Positions 46,570-56,503 of a stretch of 64,000 bases of DNA are shown here, in pieces. Numbering within the stretch: the first letter of the stretch is position 1; every line of letters begins with the position of its first letter. This DNA comes from an uncultured Candidatus Saccharibacteria bacterium (GTDB lineage Bacteria > Patescibacteriota > CALEFQ01). Made by a program: the position numbers and the translations under genes. Below the pieces are notes generated by a model, which did not search any database, was not told the DNA's origin, and worked only from the letters and a program-made list of their open reading frames with translations. The DNA lies in contig OZ246404.1 in NCBI GenBank assembly GCA_965230955.1, forward strand, positions 353,184 to 417,183, in the 5' to 3' direction.

Positions 46570-46696
46570 TATTTAGATAAAAACAAGTATTCAAATAATC
46601 GGGTATGAGTTTGAGTATCGCACCATAATGGATTATGTTTCTCGATCGGTAAATCTTCCCGAAGTCCGAGCGGGGCAGAAGACCCCGCAATTACCG

Positions 46697-48019
46697 CTAA
46701 TAGCGCAATGAGTCTTCCGCCATTTTTGTTACAGTTTCGTTTTCAAAGTTGTAAAGTTTTACTTGAGTTTGAGAAGAAGCCTCAGCGCTCTGCGGTGTGA
46801 TAACGACGAAATTTTCCGTGGTTTTGTTGGGATTGTTGTCTATCCATGTTCCGGAATTGGCGTAGATTGTTTTTTCGTTGTCGAGATTTTCGGACGCGAT
46901 AATTTTAGGTTCGTGCGTATGGCCAAAGACCACGATTCTTTTATCGGAGGCGGAATTCATGAAGTATTGCACCTTGGCCTGATTGTCGGTCTCGGTATTT
47001 GAACTTACTAAATCGATCGCTTCCGCCGTGTTGATATGAACCGGTACTTTGTTGAGTGTTTGCCGGGCCTCCCAGGTATCTTGAATTCCATTATAGAGAT
47101 CCACCTTTATTAATCCACCGGCAGTTGATTGATAAGGGACTATATCGTTCACGGAATAATTACCCTTGAATCCATTTACATTTGTTTGAATGATCTTCTC
47201 GTCAAATTTGTTTGTTATCGGGAATGTTTGAATTGTTCCCGCCCATTGTTTCCAGTATCTAAATAATAAATCCTGACTCTCACCTCCTGAAGTGTTTTGG
47301 GTGACAACCGGGAGGGTATCCCCGGGTGTTGGTTTGCCTTGGGCCACATAAAGTGCCGCTATTCTGGTAAAAAAGTATCCGGGAGGCAAGATCGTGCCCG
47401 GAGCGATTTTTTGATTTGAAATTGGATCGGGCGCACAAAAGAAATTGTAGCGGTGGCCATGCTCAATCGCTATTTGGGGATAATCAATCGGGGAGTAAGT
47501 ACCTAAGCCCAGCTCTTCATCCCGTGCCTGATTTATCCCCGGAAGGACATTTTCAATATTGGCGGCCGTAACTGTTAAATCATGATTTCCGGGTAAATAG
47601 GTGACCAGAATATTTTTTTCTTTAATGATACTGTTTATGGCATCAAATACGCCTTGGTTGGCTGTCGCAATCCGCCGGACGAAGTCAGCCTGGTCTTTTC
47701 CCTGATAAGTATCTATTGTTGCCGGGACAAACCATTCATCGAACAGGTCTCCGCCGATAACCAGTTCTTTCACATTGGGAGCGGCTTTAATCTGTTTCAG
47801 CAAATTTTCCAGAGCCGCCAGGTTTTTGTTGCACTCGGCATAACTCAGGTCGGCGCCGAGATGCATATCACTGAGAACAACTATCATATTCCTTTCATTA
47901 CCGCCATTGCTGAATGGGTTTGTCTCGGTATCGGCCTGATCCGACGTACCGCATGAGGTAAAAACACTTAAGCTGGTCAGAACGAAAAAAACACTTAATA
48001 ATCGCGTAATGGTTTTCAT
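46697..48019 (-). CDS. Lipoprotein calcineurin-like metallophosphoesterase
   Basis: Lipobox-like VFTSC; SDMHLG, GGDLFD, PGNHD, EHGH, FGHTH. Confidence 0.88.
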   Translation of the reverse strand: MKTITRLLSVFFVLTSLSVFTSCGTSDQADTETNPFSNGGNERNMIVVLSDMHLGADLSYAECNKNLAALENLLKQIKAAPNVKELVIGGDLFDEWFVPATIDTYQGKDQADFVRRIATANQGVFDAINSIIKEKNILVTYLPGNHDLTVTAANIENVLPGINQARDEELGLGTYSPIDYPQIAIEHGHRYNFFCAPDPISNQKIAPGTILPPGYFFTRIAALYVAQGKPTPGDTLPVVTQNTSGGESQDLLFRYWKQWAGTIQTFPITNKFDEKIIQTNVNGFKGNYSVNDIVPYQSTAGGLIKVDLYNGIQDTWEARQTLNKVPVHINTAEAIDLVSSNTETDNQAKVQYFMNSASDKRIVVFGHTHEPKIIASENLDNEKTIYANSGTWIDNNPNKTTENFVVITPQSAEASSQTQVKLYNFENETVTKMAEDSLRY

Positions 48020-48042
48020 TTTTTCCTTGTTTTTAATTTTTA

Positions 48043-48594
48043 CTAAAGCAATAATCGACTTGCTTCATGTTTATCTTTAATAATCTCTTTGGCTGGCGGG
48101 CTTAGTTTATTCCAACTTCTTTCAAGTTTTTGCTTTAACCAAGTATTCGCTTCATCGATACTCATTTTATGGCTGAAAAACGCCATATAAAATAATGAAG
48201 AAATTGAATCAAAATGTGCCATGGAATCTGCGTCAGCAACGCATAAAGCTTCTTTGGTCAATTTTTGAACGGTCTTGCTTCCGCGATGGCTCAAGATGCA
48301 ATGTTTAACCTGCTCGATTTTATCCGAGGGATAATTAAACTTTTTTAAAATTTCCTCGGCTAATTTCGCTCCATGTATATGATGCTCTTCGTATAATTTA
48401 CGGTCTTTAACACTGGCATAATCATGAAGCAAGGCTGCTATTTCAACGATTTCTTGATCAGCCTCGAGTTTCTCGGCCATTAATTTGGCATATTTTACAA
48501 CCGGCAAGATGTGATGTGTCCAGGCGCCATATCCGAAATAGTTGGTTTCTTTTTTGCAGGTATCTTCGACAATTTTAGCTATTTCTTGAATCAT
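48043..48594 (-). CDS. HD-domain protein
   Basis: HHI..V, AALLHD, HH..GA, ILSH, ADAD. Confidence 0.88.
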   Translation of the reverse strand: MIQEIAKIVEDTCKKETNYFGYGAWTHHILPVVKYAKLMAEKLEADQEIVEIAALLHDYASVKDRKLYEEHHIHGAKLAEEILKKFNYPSDKIEQVKHCILSHRGSKTVQKLTKEALCVADADSMAHFDSISSLFYMAFFSHKMSIDEANTWLKQKLERSWNKLSPPAKEIIKDKHEASRLLL

Positions 48595-48697
48595 TGGAGG
48601 GTTGGAATAGATTAAACCTTGATTTAGTATAGTAGTAGTCGAATCGGCGGAGTAAAACTGAACTGAAAATGTGTGTTAGAATATTTCACTAAATCCG

Positions 48698-49258
48698 CTA
48701 TTCGGAAATAACCCAGAAACCGCCTCGTCTTTTTTTGCCATGCCTTTTTATTGCATCAATTAGGTTGGGTAGTTCAGCTCTTCGCTTTTTCGGCACGCTT
48801 CTGCCCGGATCAATTAATGTGACAATATTTCTATTGATGCTTTGAATTACGCAGGCATGTCCCCAGTCGCCGGAGCCGAAAAGCCGTTTACTGTTAAAAC
48901 AAACAATTACATCATTAGCTTTGCTGATATTGTCGCTAATAAACTTCGAATGATTTTTTACTTTTTCGAGAGGAAAATATGATTCTTTTAGGTCGATTTT
49001 GTATTTCCGAAAAAAATGATTTATTGAGAATCGTTTTTTGGCGACCTGGGTGCCATAACCTGCGATTGGTTTGCTGCCGGTCTTAACTTTTTTAAACTTA
49101 TGTGCTATTTCATTGGGAACGATCAATCCTAATTCGTGGCCAATTTCATCTTGGGTGCCATGTTTAATTTTTCGCCGGTCTAAAACCATCTTTAGGCATG
49201 CCGGAACACAATGATAGGGCAATTGTGTGATTGGTTTGTAGGGCGGTTTTTGATTCAT
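48698..49258 (-). CDS. Papain-like C39-type peptidase domain protein
   Basis: Q..YHCVPACLKM, GHACVI, LIDP triad pattern. Confidence 0.7.
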   Translation of the reverse strand: MNQKPPYKPITQLPYHCVPACLKMVLDRRKIKHGTQDEIGHELGLIVPNEIAHKFKKVKTGSKPIAGYGTQVAKKRFSINHFFRKYKIDLKESYFPLEKVKNHSKFISDNISKANDVIVCFNSKRLFGSGDWGHACVIQSINRNIVTLIDPGRSVPKKRRAELPNLIDAIKRHGKKRRGGFWVISE

Positions 49259-49521
49259 AGCATAAATTACTTCTCTGCAGGATTTTTTAAACTCAAAAAA
49301 TAAGCTCAATCCATTCCGGTAATTTTTAGGTATATGTGATTGTTTGTGGAGTGAAACGTAATAATACCATTGTAATTTACTGACCGATTTAAGGCAAACA
49401 ATGCGAAAAGGCTCAAAAAAGAGAAAAATCGAGTTTTTGGCATATTTCCGAAGATCTTTGGCACTCCATCCTATCTATGTTATAATCATATAATAAAAAG
49501 GCTTTCGCCTAACGTTTTGTT

Positions 49522-50775
49522 ATGGGTTTATTTAGCAAACCAAAAACCAAATTACACCAATACGCCCTGGCGCTTGATATCGGTACGGCCGTAGTCAAAG
49601 CACTGGTGGTTCAGATAGATTTTCGCGAGTCCCGCGGGACGATTATTGGCGTGGGTAAAGAGCCGCAGCGGCTGGGTGATATGCACTCCGGCGCTGTCAG
49701 CAATATTGAAGGAGTGGTGGCTACGTCTCAACGTGCTATCGCGCGGGCGACTCAAATGGCGAAAGTCGAGCCGGATCAAGTTGTTTTGGGAATCGCGGGC
49801 GAACAGGTGAAAGGTGCCAAGACCACGGTTCATTACGAAAGGCTGAAACCGGACAGCAAAATTGATGCCAATGAATTGAAAGAAATTGTCGGACAAGTTC
49901 AGCAACGCGCTTTTGAAAAAGTGCGCAAGCAATTGGCTTGGGAAACCGGGCACAATGAAATCGACGTGAAGTTAATCAATGCGGCGGTCGTTGACGTTCA
50001 TATCGACGGTTATCGAGTGTCTAATCCGCTGGGCTTTCAGGGCAAGGATGTCAGTATCGGTATTTTCAATGCTTACGCTCCCTTGATCCATTTAGGCGCG
50101 CTGCAGTCGATTGCCGCTGATTTGGGGCTGGATTTGCTCAGTATCACCGCCGAACCGTATGCCGTTGCGCGCGCCGTCAGCGAGGATAGCGATGATTTCG
50201 GCGGAATTTTCATTGATATCGGCGGGGGAACGACGGATATCGCGGTGGTGCACAAGGGCGGGGTGGAAGGAACGAAAATGCTGGCGATTGGGGGCCGGGC
50301 TTTCACCAAAAGATTGGGTGACGAATTAGGCAAAGGTTTTGATGAAGCCGAACAGATTAAATTGCGTTATTCCGCCTCGAGGCTCGGACCGGAAGGCATG
50401 GTCAAGATAAAAGATATCCTAACCAATGACTTGAGGGTCTGGCTCTCGGGCGTCGAGCTGGCTCTAAGCGAATTCAAAGGCATTGATTTATTGCCGTCCC
50501 GGATTTTCCTGTGCGGCGGCGGATCGATGCTTTCTGGTATCAAAGAGTCTCTACTGTCTCAGAAATGGATCGAAAATTTGCCGTTTGCCCGTCCGCCCAA
50601 GGTGGTGCACCTGAAACCGAAAGATGTTAAGGATATTGTCGATCAGACCAAAACATTGAAAGATACTTCCGATATCACCCCGATGTCTCTGGCCAATGTG
50701 GCGATTGAGCTGGCCGGGACAGAAACGGTGATGGGAAAAGTTTTGCACAAAGTAGTCAGCATTTTGGAAACCTAA
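49522..50775 (+). CDS. ftsA: FtsA-like actin-fold ATPase
   Basis: ALDIGT..VK, AEPYA, IDIGGGTTDI, IGG..FT, EAEQIK, LCGGGS. Confidence 0.8.
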   Translation: MGLFSKPKTKLHQYALALDIGTAVVKALVVQIDFRESRGTIIGVGKEPQRLGDMHSGAVSNIEGVVATSQRAIARATQMAKVEPDQVVLGIAGEQVKGAKTTVHYERLKPDSKIDANELKEIVGQVQQRAFEKVRKQLAWETGHNEIDVKLINAAVVDVHIDGYRVSNPLGFQGKDVSIGIFNAYAPLIHLGALQSIAADLGLDLLSITAEPYAVARAVSEDSDDFGGIFIDIGGGTTDIAVVHKGGVEGTKMLAIGGRAFTKRLGDELGKGFDEAEQIKLRYSASRLGPEGMVKIKDILTNDLRVWLSGVELALSEFKGIDLLPSRIFLCGGGSMLSGIKESLLSQKWIENLPFARPPKVVHLKPKDVKDIVDQTKTLKDTSDITPMSLANVAIELAGTETVMGKVLHKVVSILET

Positions 50776-52350
50776 ATGAAACTGGTTTATCTGGAATTGG
50801 AAGAAGAGATCACCTCGGTGATCGATAAACTGCGTCGCACTCCTACGACGGAGATATTTATTGTTGTTCCCAAAAAGGCCAATCTGGTGCAAAGTATGGT
50901 TAATCTGAAATTACTTAAAAAACATGCCGGTATGCTCGGCAAAGAAGTCACGATTGTGACGGCTGATCCGGTCGGGCTGAATTTGGCCCAGCGCGCCGGT
51001 TTGCCGGCTCGCCCCCGAGTGGATGCTCCGACCGAGCTTGGTGAAAACGAAGAGATAAATCTCAAACCGAAAGGGGATAAAGAATCCTTGCGCGTCCGCA
51101 GTTACCGCGAAATCCAGCGTCCCGCCGCCAAGAAAAAATCCAATGTGGAATTGGGTCGGGTGCCGGTACGGGGCGAGCCGAAAAAACCCAAAACTGTCAG
51201 CCTGATTTCTCGGCGGAAAATAGCCCTGGTTTTGATCATTGTTCTGGCCGTTCTTTTGGGAGCGGCGGCGTATGTATATTTTTACCTGCCGACCGCTAAA
51301 TTGAATCTGACGCTGAAAACGGAATCAATCACCAATGATGCGAAAATAACGGTTTCGGAATCGGTGAGCGGACCTGATTCTGGTACCAACCAAATTCCCG
51401 GCAAGAAGTACGAAGTCGAATTGGAAGATTCGCTCAAAGCTCCGGCCACCGGCGAAAAAGACGTGGGACGCAAAGCCCAGGGAACAATCACTCTCTATAA
51501 CACTTACCAGACAACGCCGCGCACGATTGTGCCGTCGCGTTTCCAGGCGGCCGACGGTAAGGTTTTTCGCTCGAACGAAGCGGTGACTTTGCCGGGCTAT
51601 ACCGATACCGGCGGGGGAAACAAAACCCCGGGCACCGTCACTTTGGCGGTGGAAGCGGAAGAACCGGGGGAGTCGTACAATATCGGACCGACAACCTTTG
51701 TTCTGCCGGCGCTCGATCCCGGCTTAAAAAAGGAAATCTACGGCAAAAGTTCGACGGCGATGGTGGGCGGGACTTCCGAGATGGCCAAAGTCGTTTCGGA
51801 GGACGATCTCAAAAAAGCCGAAGAAACTTTGTTGAGCCGAATAAAGGATAAGGCGGTGTCTTCTTTCCGGGACGGGGATTATACTTTGGTGCCGGCCGGA
51901 TCCAATGTCGAAATAGTCGCCTACGAGCCGAAACCGGCCAAAGATGAAAAAGCGACGGAATTTTCTTTGAAGATAAAAGCCAAATTGACTTTCTTGGCGT
52001 TCAAAGAAGCTGACCTGAAAAGCGTGGCGGCGGATGATCTCAAAAACGTATTGCCGTCAGACAAGTTTGTGGTCGGCGATGAGGCCGGCGATATTTCTTA
52101 CGAACTTTCGGAAGATCGTATCGCCGAAGGATCGATGGTGATTTATTACCATGAAAACAAACGTTTTACTCCGCTGATCGCCAAGGAAAAAATAAAAGAA
52201 GACGTGGCCGGTCTGACCGCCGAGGAGGCGAAATCCAAGCTCGGGGGAAAAGAAAATGTCCTGGAAGTGACGGTGGATTTCTGGCCTTTTTGGGTCCGCC
52301 GACTGCCGAATGACGTCAATAGGATCACCGTTGACATAATTCTCAAATAA
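50776..52350 (+). CDS. Bitopic membrane protein with baseplate-J-like extracytoplasmic region
   Basis: N-terminal EEITSVIDKL..NLKLLK domain, TM, A.GTITLYN, VEAEEPGESYNI, PFW...P end. Confidence 0.7.
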   Translation: MKLVYLELEEEITSVIDKLRRTPTTEIFIVVPKKANLVQSMVNLKLLKKHAGMLGKEVTIVTADPVGLNLAQRAGLPARPRVDAPTELGENEEINLKPKGDKESLRVRSYREIQRPAAKKKSNVELGRVPVRGEPKKPKTVSLISRRKIALVLIIVLAVLLGAAAYVYFYLPTAKLNLTLKTESITNDAKITVSESVSGPDSGTNQIPGKKYEVELEDSLKAPATGEKDVGRKAQGTITLYNTYQTTPRTIVPSRFQAADGKVFRSNEAVTLPGYTDTGGGNKTPGTVTLAVEAEEPGESYNIGPTTFVLPALDPGLKKEIYGKSSTAMVGGTSEMAKVVSEDDLKKAEETLLSRIKDKAVSSFRDGDYTLVPAGSNVEIVAYEPKPAKDEKATEFSLKIKAKLTFLAFKEADLKSVAADDLKNVLPSDKFVVGDEAGDISYELSEDRIAEGSMVIYYHENKRFTPLIAKEKIKEDVAGLTAEEAKSKLGGKENVLEVTVDFWPFWVRRLPNDVNRITVDIILK

Positions 52351-52353
52351 CCC

Positions 52354-52382
52354 TTGCCAAAAATTATATCCTTTGGTAAACT
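52354..52382 (+). promoter_or_regulatory. sigma70 promoter of infA-alpha operon
   Basis: TTGCCA-17 nt-TAAACT with TG extension. Confidence 0.65.
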
Positions 52383-52538
52383 ATGAGTACTGAATTTTAG
52401 CTAGATATCTACATCTCCTGACCTGGGAATTAGCAGATTTGCGCCGTATTAAGCTGGATACGTTCAAATATCGCGGATATTCCGCTTCATTTGACAAATC
52501 ACACCCAGTGCGGTAGTGTGGGTTTTTGTGTAGTGTCT

Positions 52539-52811
52539 ATGCCTTCAAAATTTCGCAAATTCAAGCCCAAAACCGATACCCGGCCGGTTCATAAGCCGAA
52601 AAAAGGCGTGATAGAAATTACGGGTACGGTGTTGGAAAACCTTCCCAACGCTAATTTTAAGGTGCGTTTAGAGAACGGGCACGAGATCCTGGGGCACATT
52701 TCCGGACGAATGAGAATGAATTTTATCCGTCTCTTGCCTGGGGATAAAGTCATTGTGGAAATGACACCTTACGATTTAACTAAAGGCCGGATAATTTTCC
52801 GACATAAATAA
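52539..52811 (+). CDS. infA: Translation initiation factor IF-1
   Basis: [39 protein letters not shown]. Confidence 0.97.
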   Translation: MPSKFRKFKPKTDTRPVHKPKKGVIEITGTVLENLPNANFKVRLENGHEILGHISGRMRMNFIRLLPGDKVIVEMTPYDLTKGRIIFRHK

Positions 52812-52814
52812 TTT

Positions 52815-52928
52815 ATGAAAGTACAAACTTCCGTTAAAAAACGCTGCGAGCAATGCAAAATTATTCGTCGCCGAGGCGTCGTCCGGGTTATTTGTACTAA
52901 TCCGCGTCACAAGCAGCGGCAAGGATAA
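52815..52928 (+). CDS. rpmJ: 50S ribosomal protein L36 (not in ORF track)
   Basis: [37 protein letters not shown]. Confidence 0.97.
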   Translation: MKVQTSVKKRCEQCKIIRRRGVVRVICTNPRHKQRQG

Positions 52929-53008
52929 TTGGTCTTTGATCTTTAGTCTTTCGCCCCTTACAGGCAGGAGACCAAAGACTAAAGACCAAAGACTAACGAC
53001 TAAAGACC
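52929..53008. repeat. Inverted heptamer array (TGGTCTT / AAAGACT type)
   Basis: tggtctt tgatctt tagtctt ... agacc aaagact aaagacc aaagact aacgact aaagacc. Confidence 0.85.
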
Positions 53009-53011
53009 CTT

Positions 53012-53404
53012 ATGATTAGAATCGCCGGGGTAAACCTGCCCCCTCATAAACGAATGGAAGTTGCCCTGACCTATATCTATGGTATCGGTCGGCCTTTGAG
53101 TAAGAAAATACTCAAAACTGTCGGGATTGATCCGAATAGCAAAACAGATGTTTTGGCCGCCAAAGATGAAAACAACCTGCGCGAGTTGATTGAAAAAAAT
53201 CAGAAAGTCGAAGGCGATTTGCGCCGTTCGGTTGCCATGAATATCAAACGTTTGAAAGAAATCGGTTCATATCGCGGTAGCCGGCATGCCAAAGGTTTGC
53301 CGTGCCGCGGACAGCGTACCCGCCGGAATACCCGGACTTTGCGCGGTAATCGACGTGATCGATCGGTCGGCAGCGGCCGACGTCCCGCTTCGGAAAAGAC
53401 TTAA
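53012..53404 (+). CDS. rpsM: 30S ribosomal protein S13
   Basis: [34 protein letters not shown]. Confidence 0.97.
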   Translation: MIRIAGVNLPPHKRMEVALTYIYGIGRPLSKKILKTVGIDPNSKTDVLAAKDENNLRELIEKNQKVEGDLRRSVAMNIKRLKEIGSYRGSRHAKGLPCRGQRTRRNTRTLRGNRRDRSVGSGRRPASEKT

Positions 53405-53431
53405 TCGTTCTAGTTAAGTAATTTTACTCTA

Positions 53432-53929
53432 ATGTCTGAAGAGAAAGCACAAAAAGCTCCCGTCGCCCAGCCGGTAAAAGACAAGGCTCCTCTTAAAACT
53501 GCCAAGACTGCCGATAAAAAATCCGCTTCGAAAGAAACGGCGTCTACCGCCAAAGGCAAGAAACCTGTCAAAGAAGTCAAAAAACTTCTCCGGGGACAAG
53601 CGCACATTCAGTCCACTTACAATAATACGATTATTTCACTGACTGATCTGAGCGGTAATGTTTTGAGCTGGGCGAGTGCCGGACACTTGGGATTCAAAGG
53701 CGCCAAGAAAGCTACCCCGTACGCGGCGTCGTTGGTGGTCGCCAATGTGGCGGAAAAAGTCAGTCCTTACGGTATGCGGGAAGTCGATGTTTATCTGAAG
53801 GGCATTGGTTCCGGCCGTGAAGCGGCCGTTCGTGCTCTGCAAACCAACGGCTTACAGGTTATGTCAATCAAAGATATGACGCCGATTCCGCATAACGGTT
53901 GCCGTTCCAAAAAACCGCGTCGAGTTTAA
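53432..53929 (+). CDS. rpsK: 30S ribosomal protein S11 with Lys/Ala-rich N-terminal extension
   Basis: [31 protein letters not shown]. Confidence 0.97.
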   Translation: MSEEKAQKAPVAQPVKDKAPLKTAKTADKKSASKETASTAKGKKPVKEVKKLLRGQAHIQSTYNNTIISLTDLSGNVLSWASAGHLGFKGAKKATPYAASLVVANVAEKVSPYGMREVDVYLKGIGSGREAAVRALQTNGLQVMSIKDMTPIPHNGCRSKKPRRV

Positions 53930-53981
53930 TAAATCAGTCCATGGTCGCAAGACCATTGACCCTAGAATATAGATTAATCTT

Positions 53982-54608
53982 ATGGCTAGACTTACCGGAA
54001 AACAATGTCGTCTTTGCCGCCGTGAAGGCGAGAAACTCTTTCTTAAGGGCGATCGTTGTGCTACTCCCAAATGTGCGATGGTGCGACGTTCATATGCTCC
54101 TGGATCACATGGAGAAAAGGGTGGACGTTTGAGTGAGTTCGGCCAGCAATTGCGCGCCAAACAGAAAGTGAAGCGTATTTACGGTTTGCTCGAAAAACAA
54201 TTTCGACGTTATTACGAAACCGCGGCTCGCCAAAAAGGCGTGACGGGCGATATGTTACTCCGTTTACTGGAATGTCGATTGGATAATGTTATTTATCGTT
54301 CAGGTATTGCTGCTTCGCGTAATTTAGCGCGCCAATTGGTGGGACACGGCGCCATAAAGGTGAATAATGGCAAGGTTACTCGCCCAAACTACTGGGTTAA
54401 TCCGGGCGATGAAATTACCATTAATGCCACCAAGTTGAAGAATAAATATTTTACCGCTCTCAGCAAAAGACTGGCCCCCAAGAGTATTCCCGCCTGGTTG
54501 ACGCTGGATATTAAAAATATGAAGGTAAAAATCAACCAGTGGCCGACACGGGCCGATGTTGATTTATCGGTTGATACCCAACTTATCGTCGAGTTATATT
54601 CACGTTAA
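53982..54608 (+). CDS. rpsD: 30S ribosomal protein S4
   Basis: CRLCRREG.KLFLKG.RC, LE.RLDN, ARQLV.HG, IVE.YSR. Confidence 0.97.
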   Translation: MARLTGKQCRLCRREGEKLFLKGDRCATPKCAMVRRSYAPGSHGEKGGRLSEFGQQLRAKQKVKRIYGLLEKQFRRYYETAARQKGVTGDMLLRLLECRLDNVIYRSGIAASRNLARQLVGHGAIKVNNGKVTRPNYWVNPGDEITINATKLKNKYFTALSKRLAPKSIPAWLTLDIKNMKVKINQWPTRADVDLSVDTQLIVELYSR

Positions 54609-54742
54609 TTCGCTTTTGTCCGCCGGTGGCGGACGGTGTCGGATTACACCTCCCTTTGTGGGGGAACCGCGGCCCTTGGCCCGGGAGATTCAATTAATGA
54701 GTGATCGAAGATTATGCAACTTCGACACCGTTAAACAATCGT

Positions 54743-55723
54743 GTGCAAACCATAGATTTACCGTCTAAAATCGAGTTTTCTAAACTAACCGATCGTGAAG
54801 CAACTTTAGTGGTTGAGCCTTTATTTCCCGGTTACGGAACCACTATCGGCAATGCTTTGCGTCGGGTTTTATTGTCTTCATTGTCCGGAGCCGCGGTGAC
54901 GGCCGTCAAAATCAAAGGCGTTGATCATGAATTTTCCACCGTTCCTGGGGTAAAAGAAGATGTGGTCGAATTGATTTTGAATCTGAAAAAACTGCGTCTC
55001 CGAGTTCATTCCGACCAAGCGGTAAAATTGACTTTGAAAAAATCGGGCGAAGGTGAAGTTTTGGCCGAATCGATTGAAGCTCCCAGCGAAGTCGAAATTG
55101 CCAACAAAGATCTACCGATCGCCACGCTGACTTCCAAACAAGCCAAATTAGAAATGGAAATAACCGTTCAGGCCGGACGAGGTTACGTCCCGGTGGAACA
55201 GCGCGATAAAGAGAAAATGGATATCGGTACGATCGCGGTTGACGCCATTTTTTCTCCGATTCGCTCGGTTAGTTTCCAGGTGGAAAATATTCGGGTCGGC
55301 CAGATGACCGATTATGATAAGATCACCATGATGATCCGCACCGACGGCACTGTGCCGCCGAAAGAAGCGGTTGATCAGGCGGCCAAAATTTTAGTCGATC
55401 ATTTCAGTTTGTTTACCGATGTCCAGGCCAAAAAAGAAGCCAAGCCGCTCAAAGGCGCGGCGACGGTTGCTTTGCCGGGACAGTCGGCCAAGATGAGTTT
55501 GGGCGACAATGACGCGGCTATCGAAGATTTGAAACTGTCGACCCGAACTACCAATGCTCTTTATGGTGCCGGTCTCAAAAAATTGAGCGATGTAGTTTCC
55601 CGCCGGGAAAGCGAATTACTGTCTCTTTCAGGTTTCGGCGAAACGGCTTTGAAGGAAATTTGGAAATTGCTCAAAAAACGAGGCTTGGCTTTACGCGACG
55701 ATCCTGCCGTTTCCGATAAATAA
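54743..55723 (+). CDS. rpoA: RNA polymerase alpha subunit (start GTG 54743 or 54701)
   Basis: EPL.PGYG.TIGNALRRVLLSS, HEFST..GVKEDV, GRGYVP, DA.FSP, alpha-CTD. Confidence 0.96.
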   Translation: MQTIDLPSKIEFSKLTDREATLVVEPLFPGYGTTIGNALRRVLLSSLSGAAVTAVKIKGVDHEFSTVPGVKEDVVELILNLKKLRLRVHSDQAVKLTLKKSGEGEVLAESIEAPSEVEIANKDLPIATLTSKQAKLEMEITVQAGRGYVPVEQRDKEKMDIGTIAVDAIFSPIRSVSFQVENIRVGQMTDYDKITMMIRTDGTVPPKEAVDQAAKILVDHFSLFTDVQAKKEAKPLKGAATVALPGQSAKMSLGDNDAAIEDLKLSTRTTNALYGAGLKKLSDVVSRRESELLSLSGFGETALKEIWKLLKKRGLALRDDPAVSDK

Positions 55724-55740
55724 TAGCTTTAGTTAATCAT

Positions 55741-56094
55741 ATGCAACATTTGCGAGTGGGCCGAAAATTGGGTCGAGTAAAAGAATTGCGCTTAGCTCTG
55801 CTGAAGAACTTAGCCGCGTCTTTTCTGATAAAAGGATCCTTGACCACGACCGAAGCCAAAGGGAAATCTTTGCGGCCTTTTGTCGAAAAACTGATCACGC
55901 TTGCCAAACGGAAAACCGGATTGGCCGCCAAGCGCCAGCTGACTTCCAAGCTGTATAGCGCAGATGCGGTAAAGCTTTTACTTACTACTTATAAAGAGCG
56001 TTATAAAGATCGAGCCGGCGGATACACTCGGATTTTGAAATTGAAACGCCGTTTGGGCGATAATGCTCCTTTAGTTAAAATTGAATTGGTATGA
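55741..56094 (+). CDS. rplQ: 50S ribosomal protein L17
   Basis: RKLGR, TT.AK.K.LR...EKLIT, R.GGYTRI.K, R.GD.A. Confidence 0.96.
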   Translation: MQHLRVGRKLGRVKELRLALLKNLAASFLIKGSLTTTEAKGKSLRPFVEKLITLAKRKTGLAAKRQLTSKLYSADAVKLLLTTYKERYKDRAGGYTRILKLKRRLGDNAPLVKIELV

Positions 56095-56483
56095 AAAAGA
56101 CATTAACTACAAATAAGGCCGGTAAGGATTACACGATTGATGCCGCCGGCCAATCGTTGGGACGCGTGGCGGCGCAATGCGCTGCTTATCTTCTCGGTAA
56201 GCATCGAGCCGATTACGTGCCGCACCAAGTCTGCGTGGATACCGTGACGGTCATTAACGTGGCTAAAATTGTTCTGACCGGCCGCAAAATGGAACAGAAG
56301 GTCTATCATCATTACACCGGTTATCCCGGCCATCTGAAAACAATTTACGCGAAGGATTTGATGGAAAAAGATCCGGGCCAGCTGGTTGAGCGGGCGGTGT
56401 ACGGGATGTTGCCGCCGAATAAATTACGCAAGGATCGTTTGCATCATTTGAAGATTTATAAATCGCAAGCTCCGACTAAGTAA
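56091..56483 (+). CDS. rplM: 50S ribosomal protein L13
   Basis: IDA....LGR.A, L.GKH, HTGY.G-like HYTGYPG, AV.GMLP.N. Confidence 0.95.
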   Translation: MKKTLTTNKAGKDYTIDAAGQSLGRVAAQCAAYLLGKHRADYVPHQVCVDTVTVINVAKIVLTGRKMEQKVYHHYTGYPGHLKTIYAKDLMEKDPGQLVERAVYGMLPPNKLRKDRLHHLKIYKSQAPTK

Positions 56484-56503
56484 TTTTGTTTAATTATAGT
56501 TTT

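Noticed and set aside
46617-46644. dif/XerCD-like site (cataa tgga ttatgttt)
   Set aside because: Central spacer is 4 rather than 6 bp and the XerD arm breaks after TTATGTT; single occurrence
45640-49400. Integron cassette array
   Set aside because: Only one partial attC-like end; no matching complementary R' box, no repeated site between genes, no integrase
50776-52350. Prophage or contractile injection system from the baseplate-J-like gene
   Set aside because: Protein is membrane-anchored and no other tail, sheath or capsid genes are present
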